Source of the DNA: the human T2T-CHM13v2.0 reference genome, Homo sapiens
Strand: one strand, 5' to 3'
DNA: 64,000 bases
Assembly: GCF_009914755.1 (NCBI RefSeq)
Contig: NC_060944.1
The translations under genes and the position numbers were made by a program. The number at the start of each line of letters is the position of its first letter. Within the stretch, counting starts at the first letter, position 1. This document shows, piece by piece, positions 1 through 12,467 of the stretch. Below the pieces are notes generated by a model. That model was not told the origin of the DNA and ran no database searches. It worked only from the letters and a program-made list of their open reading frames with translations.

Positions 1-599
1 CGGGGAGGCTGGCGGAGGGCGAGGCCCCAGTGGGCAGGGCTGCACCGTCTGCCACCCTTGGCTGTGGGAGGCGCAGCTGCGGGCTCGGGCCCTGGTCGTC
101 CGTGTGACTTGTCCCCACCTGGCACGAGTGCTGCCTTTGGTGCCTTGGGATCTGCTGTGGGGCCAGGGGCTCAGTGCTGTGTCCTCCAAAGCTGCTGCTG
201 AGTCTCTGCAACCTCTGAGGTGGCTGCAATGTCAGGCCCCCAGGGACCCGGGCCTCAGGGGAGGGCCAGGAGGAAGGTCTTGAAGTATTTGATACTTGGG
301 GACGGGTCTCCCAAGCATAACTTCCCGCAGAGCCACAGCCACCAAATCACTCTGGAGAAAAGCACCAGGGGGAGGGGCCACGGGAGCGGAGCACAGACCC
401 CGGCTGCCCTCGCATACCCAGAGGAGCGTGTTCGTCTCCACAGCAGCTCCGAGGATGCGCTGGCTGGAGACAGTTCAGAAAGTCGGAAACGTCAAAGGGG
501 GCGATGCCACAGTGTCATTCTGTCTGTGGAGCCCTAAAGTGTCAGCCCAGGGGGTGGTTCTGGGGTCTCTGGAGGAACATCCTGTGTAGCAGGGGAAGG

Positions 600-1978
600 G
601 GGGGTGGGTGTGGGGGATGGGTGGGTGTTGGGATGGGTGGGTGTTGGGGATGGGAGAGTGTTGGGGTGGGTGGGTGTTGGGGTGGGTCCGTATTGGGGAT
701 GGGTGGGTGTTGGGGTGGGTGGGTGTTGGGGTGGGTCCGTGTTGGCGTGTGTGGGTGTTGGGATGGCTGGGTGTTGGGGATGGGAGAGTGTTGGGGTGGG
801 TGGGTGTTGGGGTGGGTGGGTGTTGGGGATGGGTGGGTGTTGGGGTGGGTGGGTGTTGGGATGGGTGGCTGTTGGGATGGGTCCGTGTTGGGGTGGGTGG
901 GTGTTGGGATGGCTGGGTGTTGGGGATGGGAGAGTGTTGGGGTGGGTCCGTGTTGGGGTGGGTGGGTGTTGGGGTGGGTGGGTGTTGGGATGGGTGGCTG
1001 TTGGGATGGGTCCGTGTTGGGGTGGGTGGGTGTTGGGATGGCTGGGTGTTGGGGATGGGAGAGTGTTGGGGATGGGTGGGTGTTGGGGTGGGTGGCTGTT
1101 GGGGTGGGTGGCTGTTGGGGTGGGTCCTTGTTGGGGTGGGTGGGTGTTGGGATGGCTGGGTGTTGGGGATGGGAGAGTGTTGGGGTGGGTGGGTGTTGGG
1201 GTGGGTCCGTGTTGGGGATGGGTGGGTGTTGGGATGGGTGGCTGTTGGGGTGGGTCCGTGTTGGGGTGGGTGGGTGTTGGGATGGCTGGGTGTTGGGGAT
1301 GGGAGAGTGTTGGGGTGGGTGGGTGTTGGGGTGGGTATGTGTTGGGATGGGTGGGTGTTGGGGATGGGTGGGTGTGGGGGTGGGTGGGTGTTGGGATGGG
1401 TCCATGTTGGGGATGGGTGGGTGTTGGGATGGGTGGGTGTTGGGGTGGGTGGGTGTTGGGATGGGTCTGTGTTGGGGATGGGTGCGTGTTGGGGATGGGT
1501 GGGTGTTTGGATGGTTGGGTGTTGGGGATGGGTGGGTGTTGGGGTGGGTGGGTGTTGGGATGGGTCCGTGTTGGGGATGGGTGCGTGTTGGGGTGGGTGG
1601 GTGTTGGGGTGGGTGGGTGTTGGGATGGGTGGGTGTTGGGAATGGGCGGGTCCGTGTTGGGATGGGTGGGTGGTGGGGATGGGTGGGTGTTGGGGTGCAT
1701 GGGTGTTGGGGTGGGTGGGTGTTGGGATGGGTGGGTGTTGGGGATGGGTGAGTGTTGCATTGAGTGGGTGTTGGGATGGGTCTATGTTGGGGTGGGTGGG
1801 TGTTGGGGTGGGTCGGTGTTGGGATGGTTGGGTGTTGGGGTGGGTGGGTGTTGGGGTGGGTAAGTGTTGGGGATGGGTGGTTGTTGGGGTTGGTCCGTGT
1901 TGGCAATGGGTGGGTGAGTTTTGGGGATGGGTGGGTGTTGGGGTGGGTCGGTGTTGGGATGGGTCAGTATTGGGATGG
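600..1978 (+). repeat. G/T-rich minisatellite, 15-16 bp unit GGGTGGGTGTTGGG(G)(A)T, ~1.4 kb
   Basis: Directly visible tandem array with recurrent variant units (gggtccgtgttgg, gggagagtgttgg, ggctgggtgttgg). It causes the 400+ aa G/W/V and P/T/H ORFs in several frames. Confidence 0.97.
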
Positions 1979-2249
1979 CCGCTGGAGGGTGGGGGCAGCT
2001 GGGACCTACCTTGGCTGACCCCTCCCCAGACCCTGACAGTCTGAGAGAGGTGGGCTTGGCATGCAGCGGGCAGCAGAGGAGAGCAGTTAGGGAAGTGAGG
2101 CTGGGGAAACAGGGAGGGAGAGAGACAGCTGCGATGTCATTACAAGTCAGTCACCAACAGTTTCCAGGTAGGGAAGGCATCTCTTTATGGCAGCAAAGGT
2201 GCCAGGAAGGTGGGCTGGGGTCTTCCAGCAGCTTCCAGAGCTGAGAGCA

Positions 2250-2327
2250 GCTGCTCAGGGGTCTCAAGTGAGTGTGGTGGGCTAGGCCACCCACGGTTAT
2301 GCTGCCCATTCCATCCCCCTGCCTGGG
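2250..2327 (+). repeat. 78-bp dispersed direct repeat, copy 1
   Basis: gctgctcaggggtctcaagtgagtg...ccccctgcctggg recurs at 5221-5298 with 2 mismatches. Confidence 0.95.
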
Positions 2328-3339
2328 GAAGGGCAGGGCAGGAACGAAGGGGGGTCCTTGGTCTCGGCATGGGGCAGGGACCCCCGATGTGGGAGCAATG
2401 GACACATCCCAGTCCTCTCTCCGTCTCTGCCTTGTCAAGCAGGAAGCCTTCTTGGGGCCATGGGTCCCTAATGCTTTTCTACGCCCAGCTCAGGTCCTGG
2501 GGATCAAGGAGCCGCAGGCTGGGATGGGCGAGCCTCTGCAGGAAGGTCCTGGTTTATTTTTGCGGTCGCTGTGCAGGTCAAGAGTGATGCTGCTTCACCT
2601 CTTGTGGCCACCATGGTGGGTTCCTTTAGAAAGATTTATTTAAGGACGTCAAAGAAACTGAGCAGCAGCTGCCTCTGAGAACCTGGCGTAGGGAGGTCTC
2701 ATCTTCCTGGGGTTATACCCGTTCAAACGCAGAGACAGAGAAGAAACAGGAAGAACTGATCGTGCACAATAGATTCCCCCAAGTTAAAGGTGCGGGGATC
2801 TAGAGAGGAGCGTTCAGTAAGCCCCGCACGGGCGTGCTCAGCTCTGTCCCGCATCAGGGAGCCAGGCCAGGAACCGAAATCGGGATGTGGGCCGACGCTT
2901 AACCTGGACAGTTGTCCCCTTGGCGTAGAAGACACCAGCACACCCCCTCCACTTTGGACAGATGCCGTGACCAGCCCGGAGCCCCAGCAGCTCCATTCAC
3001 AAGGTGCTTGGGAAAATAAATTTAGGTGTCTCCATTCGTAACTCAGCAATGTGATTGAGCGTCTGTGGGAGAAGCCTTATTCCTGCAACGGCTGTGTGTG
3101 TGTGATGGGCCGGAGCCCGGGGGAGTCAGGAGCTCAGACTCAAGTGAAGCTCAGAGTGAACAGGAAGGGTCACAGCCGCACCGTCCCCCAACCCCCAGGC
3201 GGTCAGAATCCAGAGCGTGGGCCCAGGGCTGCCCCTGCCCGTCGGTCCCCGGAGAAAACGCCCGGTGTGTGCGGAGCTTCACCACCAGGGGGAGTCCGAG
3301 GCCGTGTCCAACGTGGGTGTGCGGGAGGGCGGGGGGAGG

Positions 3340-4395
3340 GTGTGAGCCAGCGTGTCTGTGTGTCCATGAGTGTGAGGGTGTGTGCAGGCGTGTCTTACTG
3401 TGTATGTGTGGGTGTGAGGGTGTCTGTGAGCCTGTGTGCGTGTGCGGGTGTGTGCAGGCATGTCTTACTGTATACGTGTAGTTGTGAGGGTGTCTCTGTG
3501 AGCGTGTCTGTGCATGTGAAGGTGTGTCCATGCGTGTGAGGGCGTGTGCAGGGGTGTATATGTGTGAGTGTGAGGGTGTATTTGTGTGTCTTACTGTATA
3601 TGTGTGTGAGGGTGTGAGCCAGCGTGTGTGTCCATGCGTGTGAAGGTGTGTGCAGGCATGTCTTACTGTGTATGTGTGGGTGTGAGGGTGTCTGTGAACT
3701 TGTGTCATACATATGTCCATACGTGTGAGGGTGTGTGCAGGCCTGGCCTCCTGCACTAGTGTGGGTGTTTGTGTGTGCAGGTGAGAGGGTGTCTGCCTCT
3801 GCTGTCGTGGGTTGGGATTCGTGTGTGCAGGTGAGTGGGTGTCTGCGTGTACTGCTAGTGTGGGTGTTCGTGTGTGTGTGTGAGCGGGTGTCTGCGTGTA
3901 CTGCTAGTGTGGGTGTTCATGTGTGCGGGTGAGCGTGTGTCTGCGTGTACTGTCGTGGGTTGGGATTTGTGTGTGCGGGTGAGTGTGTGTCTACATGTAC
4001 TGCTAGTGTGGGTGTTCGTGTGTGCGAGTGAGAGAGTGTCTGCGTGTACTGCTAGTGTGGGTGTTTGTGTGTGCAGGTGTGTGTCTGCGTGTACTGCTAG
4101 TGTGGGTGTTCGTGTGTGCGGGTGAGCGTGTGTCTGTGTGTACTGCTAGTGTGGGTTGGGATTTGTGTGTGCGGGTGAGCGTGTGTCTGCGTGTACTGTC
4201 GTGGGTTGGGATTTGTGTGTGCGGGTGAGTGTGTGTCTGCGTGTACTGCTAGTGTGGGTGTTCGTGTGTGCGAGTGAGAGAGTGTCTGCGTGTACTGCTA
4301 GTGTGAGTGTGTGTGCAGGTGAGTGTGTGTCTGAGTGTACTGCTAGTGTGGGTGTTCATGTGTGCGGGTGAGCGTGTGTCTGCGTGTACTGTCGT
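3340..4395 (+). repeat. TG-rich composite minisatellite (left sub-array with gtcttactgt units; right sub-array with ~49-bp unit containing gtactgctagtgtggg)
   Basis: actgctagtg recurs at about 3851, 3900, 3999, 4048, 4093, 4142, 4244, 4293 and 4339. Confidence 0.92.
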
Positions 4396-4795
4396 GAGTT
4401 GGGAGCCGTGGATGCCACGCAAGCCCCGAAGCCCCAGCTTTCTGAGCAGCTGGCCTGTGACGGCGGCATCTCAGGCGGCTTGGCTGTGTAGTGGGGATCC
4501 CCCAGCAGGCTCCAGGACCAGGGTCTTCTCTTTGGCTCCAGGTGACCCCAGCAGACTGGCCCTGCACCTGGCCCTGTGTTGACATCTCCAGAGGGTTTGT
4601 GAGCAGAGATGAGGGCACCTGTGAGGTCAAGGATAGTCTCTGTGTGGCAGCGGGACCTTGGGCCCAGGGGCAGCCTGTGGCTCTGAGGATGGCTGTGAGT
4701 ACTTGGCAATGACCCTGTTAGTTGAGCTTGTGCCCGGCAGGGCTGAGATCTCCCAGCATGTGGCATGGGCCCCTCACCACCCCGAGTATGGACCC

Positions 4796-5162
4796 TGATA
4801 TGGTCTGGCTCTGTGTCCTCACCCAGATCTCATCTTGAGTTGTAACTGAATTGTAATCCTCATGTGTTGGTTGGCAGAGGGACCTCGTGGAGGTGATGAG
4901 ATCATGGGGGCGGTTCCCCCATGCTGTTCTCAAGACAGTGAATGAGTCTCATGTGATCTGATGGTCTCATAAGGGCTTTTCCCCCTTTTGCTCTGTGCTC
5001 ATTCTTTCTCCTGTCACCCTGTGAGGAGGTGCCTTCCGCCATGATTGTAAGTTTCCTGGGGCTTTCCCAACCAGGCGGAACGGTGAGTCAACCAAACCTC
5101 TTTTCTTTATACATTACCCAGTTGAGTATTTCTTCATAGCAGTGTGAGAGAGGCCTCATAAA
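4796..5162 (+). mobile_element. Solo THE1-type (THE1C/D-like) ERVL-MaLR LTR with 5-bp TSD GACCC
   Basis: Starts TGATATGGTCTGGCTCTGTGTCC and ends ...ttcttcatagcagtgtgagagaggcctcataaa, matching THE1/MST termini. GACCC lies at 4791-4795 and 5163-5167. Confidence 0.9.
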
Positions 5163-5220
5163 GACCCACTTCGTAGATGCACCGAGACTCAGACCCTGAG
5201 GTGGGGCTGGGTGGCCGCAG

Positions 5221-5298
5221 GCTGCTCAGGGGTCTCAAGTGAGTGTGGTGGGCTAGGCCACCCGCGGTTATGCTGCCCATTTCATCCCCCTGCCTGGG
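5221..5298 (+). repeat. 78-bp dispersed direct repeat, copy 2
   Basis: 76/78 identical to 2250-2327. Confidence 0.95.
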
Positions 5299-7247
5299 TG
5301 TGGGTCTTGGTGTGTGGGGTGGGATTACAGGAAGGAGCAGTGCCCTGGGCTGGCCTGCTAGGGGTGGCCCAGCCAGGAGGCTCCCAGCAGGGTCGGCTCT
5401 CGGGAGCTGGGTCATGGAGGGTGGGGACATGAGGGTCAGGGAGAGGGCCCAGCTCCCTGACAGCTCCTGGGGCTCTGTGGCAGGGAGAGCAGGTCTGCTG
5501 GGGCCAGCTCATGCTTCTGGGGCGCAGCCTTGCCCTGACCCATGGGCTCAACGGAGGGCCGGGTGGGGCTCCCACAGAGCAGTGGGCCTTGGGCCTCAGC
5601 TCTTCCCAGATGGAAGCTCTCGAGCAGATGAGAGGGGCTGTGAGCTCCTATGCGCTGGCTCTCCACGTCCCTGCTCCTCCTCTTCCTGGTCACCCCTGCC
5701 AGCCCCTTCCTCTGGTGCTTGACCTCGCCCTACTCCCCACCTCCCGGCCTGTGAGCAGCCTTGGCCCGGAGCTGCCCTTCCTGATCATGGTCGGGACCCC
5801 AGGCATCTGCCCCTACGTTGGCCTTTGCCAACAGCTGCTCAACCTGCGAGGAGGTGCAGGGAGCCGCCGGCCCCGCTCCTTGGACCTGATCATGGGCAGG
5901 TGGAAGCAAACCGCCTCTGAGAAGGGCTGCTCCACAGACACTGCAGGAGTGCCTGGGTCCCAGGACAGACCCTCTGTTGGGTGCAAGGGATGAGGATGGC
6001 TGTCCCCACATGTCTCCTAGAGAACCTTCAGGTGGGAATCCTTTTAAGTGAAAATATTCAAAACAACCAAGCTCTCCAAGCTGTGGAGGGCGATTCTCAG
6101 ACTTCTCGCCCGGCGCTGCCAAAATCCTGTAGCCGGGGTGGATGGGGTGCCCTGGCTGCCTCCCCCAGCCCCTGACAAACCGGCCATCTGGCCTTGGCAG
6201 GTGACCCCTCCTCAGCAGCATCCTTGACACCGCCAAGGTGAATTTGCACCTAGAGGTCCCGGCAGGACTTCGTTAATGAGCGTGCTCCTGCCTCAGGACT
6301 CTGCATATTCTCCTCCTCCCTGCCATGCCCAGACCCTGATGTCCCGGTTCTCCCCCTCTTCTCCCTCAGCTCTGTGCTCCAACGCCACCTTATCAGAGAC
6401 CCCCACAAGCTGTGGATGGGGGCTGTGACCTTAGAGCCCCGAGTGGGGAGCACACCCTTATCAGCAGACTCCTGGCTTCCCCAGCCTCTGACCCCTCTGA
6501 TACCAAAGGCGTCAGATGTCAGGCGGGAGACACAGACAGCAGGAGCCAGGACAGAGTGGGGAGGGGAAGGGGAGGCTGGTGGGGGTTGCGTCTCGTCTGC
6601 TCGCTCCTGGCCCAGGCTTACCAGTGGTGGCCTGATTGTGACAGGCTGGATCTGGCAGCTGGAGGGGCTCAGCATCCTCTCTGGGGAGGCAGGGAGGCCC
6701 TGAGGGAACGGGTGAGTGGAACGTGAGGTGCTCTGGTCACCTCCCCCACTCTTGGGCAGACAAAGCAGGCACCGGCCATGCGGGCACCAGAGCAAGCTCC
6801 TGGATGCCAGGATGGGGCTGGCAGCGCCAAGGTGGGCACAGGCACCAGGGGCTGCTTGCCTCTGAGAGTCCAGGGAAGGCTCCTTGTCTCCCAGGCAGGT
6901 TTGTGTCATGGGGACGCTCCCCACGTGACACTCACTGCTGGCATCGTGTGAAAGGGAGGGGGCACCTGCACTTTGCTTTGTCAGTCTCTGTCTTATTCCT
7001 GTCCTTAAGGCATCCTGACCTGCTCATTTGTCCACCTGCCCCGCAGCCAGCCCACTCGCCTGCCTGGAGGGTTTGAAGTATTCTCTAGGCTCAGGGGGAG
7101 AGCTCCTTCTGGCTAGTCTTAGATCACGGGAGCTGATAGAACGCCAGAATGATCCAGCCCAGCCCCCTCATATAGCAGATGGGGAAACAGGTAGGAGAAA
7201 AAGCATCTGTCCCTGGTCCCTCACAGCCTTTTCCTAACATCGCGGTT

Positions 7248-8043
7248 ATCACCACCACCACCACCATCATCATCCCCATCATCACCAACACCATCATCAC
7301 CCCATCCCCATCATCTCCATCACCACCATCATTTCCATCATCACCATCACCATCACCCTCACGACCACCATCATCATTACTACCATCATCAGCATAATCA
7401 CCACCATCATCTGCATCACCATCACCACCACCGTCATCCCCATCATCACCATCACCACCACCACCATCATCCCCATCATCACCATCACCACCACCACCAT
7501 CACCACCATCATCACCACCACTATCTCCATCACCACCATCATCACTATCATCACCGCCACCACCATCACCAATGCTGTTGCCGTCATCTCTATCACCAAC
7601 ACTATCATCACCATCATCATACCACCACCATCACTATCATCACCATTACCATCATCACCATTATCACCATCATTACTGTCATCACCACCACCATCCCCAT
7701 CAACACCATTATTATCACCATCACCATCATCACCAACACCATCACCATCAACACCATTATTATTATCACCATCACCATCATCACCATCACCACCATCATC
7801 ACCATCACCATTTTCACTATCATCATCACCATCTTCACCATCACCATCACCACTATCATTACCATCACCATCACCACCATCACCATCCCCACCATCATCA
7901 CCATCACCATTTTCACTGTCATCATCATCATCACCATCTTCGCCATCATCACCACCATCACCGTTTTCACCGTCATCATCATCACCATCACCATCTTCAT
8001 CATCCCCATCACCGCCATCATCACAACCATCATCATCATTATC
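7248..8043 (+). repeat. Degenerate (CAT/CAC)n trinucleotide array, ~800 bp
   Basis: Directly visible; source of the poly-His and poly-Met/Val ORFs. Confidence 0.97.
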
Positions 8044-9388
8044 TTAGCACCCACTCCCACCATGGGAAAGTGCTGTGGCCCCTTTTCTGTCCTGTCCCTT
8101 TGCCTTTTGAATAGCAGAAGGTCAGAACAGAGCCTGAGGATTAATTCCAGAAAAAAACCCTCCTCTTTACCCTTTAGTTTCTGGTTGCCTTCGAAACCTC
8201 CTGCCTGTGCCTTTAGAGCAGACCTCTTCATCTTCCTGAGGTATGTTTGAACTCCATGAGACACCCTCCTACAACTTCAGTTCACCTGCTGGATGATGGC
8301 TCTGTGGGCTGGGGGCTTTCTCACGGAGCAGTCACTGCCATTTACTGTTCCTTGGTGCCAGGTGGGGGCTTGGGCCCCTCCTCTCTGCATCCTCCACCAT
8401 CACCCTCCAAGGGCCATGAGGGATCTTGGGCTTGGGCCTGGCCCCATCTTGGGTGGGACTTGGTGGGCGCCCTATTCTAAGCCAGCTGCAGGTGCACCTA
8501 CTATGGTCAGTCACTGGCCAAGGGCTAAGGAGACAGTTCCCACCCTCGTGGGCTCATGGTCCAGTGGGGTCATGGCATTGGCCCAATGACCCCAAAGGTG
8601 GTGAAGTTGGGGAAGCTGGGACTCCCTCCAGAGCTCAAGAACCACAGCAGGTGCCCAGGGATTTGAGGCAGGCCCTTGTGGTTTCAAGCTCAGCAGTCTT
8701 CTTGTGTGGGGGACGTCACAGACCTGCTCAGTGCCCCCAGAGGGGAGGGCTAGGAACTCGCTGTAGAGTAGTGGGAGGTTGAGGTTGACTGTATGCCAGG
8801 GAGGGGGTGAGCCCTACCCCCTAAAGTAGGCAAGTAACAACTGAAAGACTGTCTCAGGCAGGTGGGCACTTGGCCTGAGTGTCCCCTGCTCCTCTTCAAG
8901 GTGCGTGTGGGGACCCCAGAGCACAGGGTGAGCTCAGGCCCCTGCTGTGCCCCGGGGACGCTCAGCCACAGAGCACACTGGCTGCAGCTCCGCATGGGCC
9001 CTGCCAGGCTGCACGAGAACCTCTTGACGCAGCGATTCCCAGGCCAAACCCAGCCACGTTTGTGTTGCGGCTCCACACAGACGGGCCACGACCCTTGTTG
9101 TCAGCAAACTCTCTGAGGGTAAGGAGCTGCCACCCGAGGTTCACCTCCATAGCTGTGCTTCTCCTTCTGCCACACCCAGGAGAGTGGATTTGCTGTGAGC
9201 AGGGGCTGGCCGCTCATGCTGTTAGGCAGAACAGCTGTGGACTGGTCCCTGTGTCCCCGCCACATGCCCTGGACATGAGGTTTGGCTCATCTCAAGGGTG
9301 GACCTACGTCACAGGGCCCGGCTGGCCGACATGAGGCTGAGTGCCAGCTCCTACTTGCCCCTCCACGTTGACCTGCCCAGTGGGGCCC

Positions 9389-9499
9389 CTGGGCAGGGAG
9401 ACCCCGGCCCCAGGCTGACTCTGACACTCCCCGCAATGTTGGAGCCGCTGGGCAGGCAGACCCCGTCCCCAGGCTGACTCTGACAGCTCCCTGCAATGT
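9389..9499 (+). repeat. Two-copy ~59-bp tandem duplication
   Basis: ctgggcagg(g/c)agaccccg(g/t)ccccaggctgactctgaca...gcaatgt occurs twice. Confidence 0.85.
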
Positions 9500-12467
9500 G
9501 CCCGTGTCATGCGGATTTGGCCTCAGGTAGGTCTCGTCAGGGACACTCTATCTTCAAAAAATGCAGCCCACACAGTGGCTGATTCCAAGGGTCTCAGAGA
9601 CTCTCCAGATAGTGCTGAATGAGGGGGCCAGGGCCCCAGGGTGGCCCAGGGTCCTGTGGGGAGACTCCCTGACCCCAAGAGACTCCCAGTGTGTGGCGTT
9701 GTCTGCCCAGCCAGCCTCCCCTACTGCCCAGGTATAGAGCTGGGCTCCAGCCCGGCCAGTAGGTGCGCTCTAGGGCCCCAGAGGCCACTGGGCCTTGTGC
9801 CTGCCCGGGCTCAGACCCTGTGGTTCAGCCAGGAGGAGCAGCCACCTGGGAGCCTTGGGCCCAGAAATAGGTGGGACAGGCCAGGATGGCAGGTGGACTT
9901 GAAATTCCACGGCAAGCACGACCGGAAGGAATACATCGGGGGCGATTACACGGTCCTTCTTCCTCCTACCCCATCAATACATTTTTTTTTTCTTTTAAAA
10001 AAAGAAATGTAGTTTCTCTGAAAATTTATCCATGCTGATTTTTAAAAGTTGGCAGAGGCGTCGTTCTGGCTGTGGATCGGGGCTTCTGGAACAAGCAGGC
10101 CCATGAGTCTCTGAGGCTTCCCCGGCAGATTCCCTCCCAAGGTGGAGATAGGGGGCGGCGGGGTCAGCGGGGGACGCAGTGCCCTTTGTGATGGCCAGGG
10201 AGATGGGGGGCCCTGAGATACCCTCATGTTCCTTCCCTCTGTCTTCTCTCCCACCCCCTCCTGTCCTGGCTTGGTCACCTGCCTGCTGGGTGACTTCAGG
10301 GAGTCCTCACCCCTCCCCAGGCCTCAGTTTCCCCATCTGTTTAGCGAGAGCTGGGTTAGTGCAGAGGCCACCAACCCAGGACAGGCCCACATGTCCCAGA
10401 GGTGACTGGCCAGGAGTGTCGGATGGCGGGGATGGCGGCCGTGGGGGCTCCGCTGGGGAAAGCGCAGCCACCCAGAGCGGCGGATCCTCGACCTGGCCCC
10501 ATGCGGCTGGTCTTTCAGCCTTCCAAGGGGAGGCGGATCCAGGTCTTTATGCTCAGTCTCCTGATTTTAAAGTTGGCAACGAATTAAAATAATTTTAAAA
10601 CCCTGTGCACGCTACACAAAGCGTTGGAGAGGATGGGATTCGGCAGGTCCTTATTTTAACTAACATCTTCCATTAGTGTGGTGCGTTTGTTACGATAAAA
10701 GAATCGCTTTTGACACATTTTGATTTTAAAAGCCCATGGAGCTGCCCCCTCCTCCCTCTGGGGTTGGACCAAGAGCTGGGCCTTTGCTGCTGGCTGAATG
10801 AGTCCCTGGGCCAGGGAGGTCCCAGTGATGGGGCTGCCCGGAGTTGCTTGCCCCTTTGCCCCTTTGGCCCATTGGCCTGTGGGCACAGCCCCATCATGGC
10901 CTCCCCCAGCATGGCCTCCTGGGTGGCCTTAGCCTGATGGCAGCAGCAGGAAGGAGAGGGGCGGAGCTTCCGCTGAGAGCTGGAGCTGTCACCACGCCCG
11001 GGGATTGGGGGCATCTAGGGGTCATGGTGTCCACCTCTTGCATGATGGGACCAGCTGGCCTCCGGGGCCATGCCACAAACAGCCAGGGGACAGTACTGAG
11101 TAGGGGTGGGAGGCTTCCAGGACCCCTGCCTTGCTTTCAGACTGTGGGGCATGGGGGCTGCTGAGTGGGGCCCTACCTGAGTGAGTGGTTTCTGGGGACA
11201 GGCTGGGCACACATCCTGGCAGGGCCAGTCTTTGGGTGGCAGCCCTGGCCACTGTCCCTGCGATGAATGATGGGGACGCTCAGCAACCCCCTGCCTGTGA
11301 TGCGGTGTGGCCAGAGGGCCTTCGGCTCCCTAGCCTTGTCCCTGCCTTCAATTAGCTCAGAAGTGGGGCGAGAGCGGCCAGACAACAGCTTTGCAGCAGG
11401 GCCCCGACTCAACACCGCCTGTGTTCCCACAGCGCAAAGGTGTTCCTGGACCGACCCACGATGGAAGTGTGTTTGGTTCCAGGAGGCGTCCAGGGAGCTG
11501 GTCACAGAGCTGCTCCCTGCCCCAGGGGCCCTGGCGGAGCACAGTGAGGTGGGGGCACTTTCCAGCCGCCGCTCCCTGCCACAGGGTCAGTCGCTGGCAG
11601 ACGCTGGAGGAGCCCGTCCGACCGTGTGCTGGCCCTGCCTGGAGTACCCCAGCCCTGCAGGTGGAGGAGGGAGTCGAGGGCCAGCATCTGCTCCTGAAGG
11701 CAGGGGAACCCCTGGAGCAGGTCCGCCCCAGCAGAGGGGGTGGGTGGGGTTGGACCTGCAGGAGGGGGAAGAACGGGCCCCAGCAGGGGAGAGGGCTCTG
11801 TGTGCATCTGCTGGCCTGGGGGCAGCACCCACTGGACATTTCATGACGGGTTGCTGGTGTGACGGGGTGCGAGCTTGTCATCCGGCTGTCACCTGGCAGG
11901 ATTCCTGCCCCTGCACCAGGGGGCAGACCCCCCTGGAGCTGAGGGCCTCAGGCCAACCACGTACCTGGAGTCCAGTACGCTCAGGACATGCAGGGACCCA
12001 GCCAGACCAGCTGGTGGCCCTAAGGCAGGGCGCGGGGTGGGGAACGAGGCAGCAGGCTCATGTAGAGACGAGCTGGGGGAGAAAGCACCCCAGGATTCTC
12101 AAAGTAGGTTCCTCCCAGCACTACTGTCCAGAGCTGATCCAAGACAGGGGTGAGGGGTGGCGCTAACCAGCCTGGGGCTGGCAAGGTGCACGGCATAGGC
12201 AAAGCTCGCCTGAGCTGAGAGCCACCTGCCTGTGTCCTGTGCCAGCACTTCGGGAGTCCTATCACTGCCCCGGACCATGGCCAACACTGCACACCACCTT
12301 GTGGAAAGGCAGCTCCATCCATCTGCTCAGCACCCCGGAGCCTGTGGGGTGACCCATGGGTGACACTTTGTTTCATCCAAGGTGGTTCTGCTCTACACCT
12401 TGTGTTTACAGCCTTGCTGGCTGTGATTGACAGCTTGATTTTGTCTTCAAAAACCCATCCTCTCTAC

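Noticed and set aside
504-2044. Five overlapping ORFs of 408-478 aa (G/W/V-rich or P/T/H-rich, superficially mucin- or extensin-like)
   Set aside because: Open in multiple frames on both strands only because the minisatellite lacks stop codons.
7297-8264. Poly-His and poly-Met/Val ORFs resembling histidine-rich proteins
   Set aside because: Translation of a (CAT/CAC)n repeat; no splice or promoter context.
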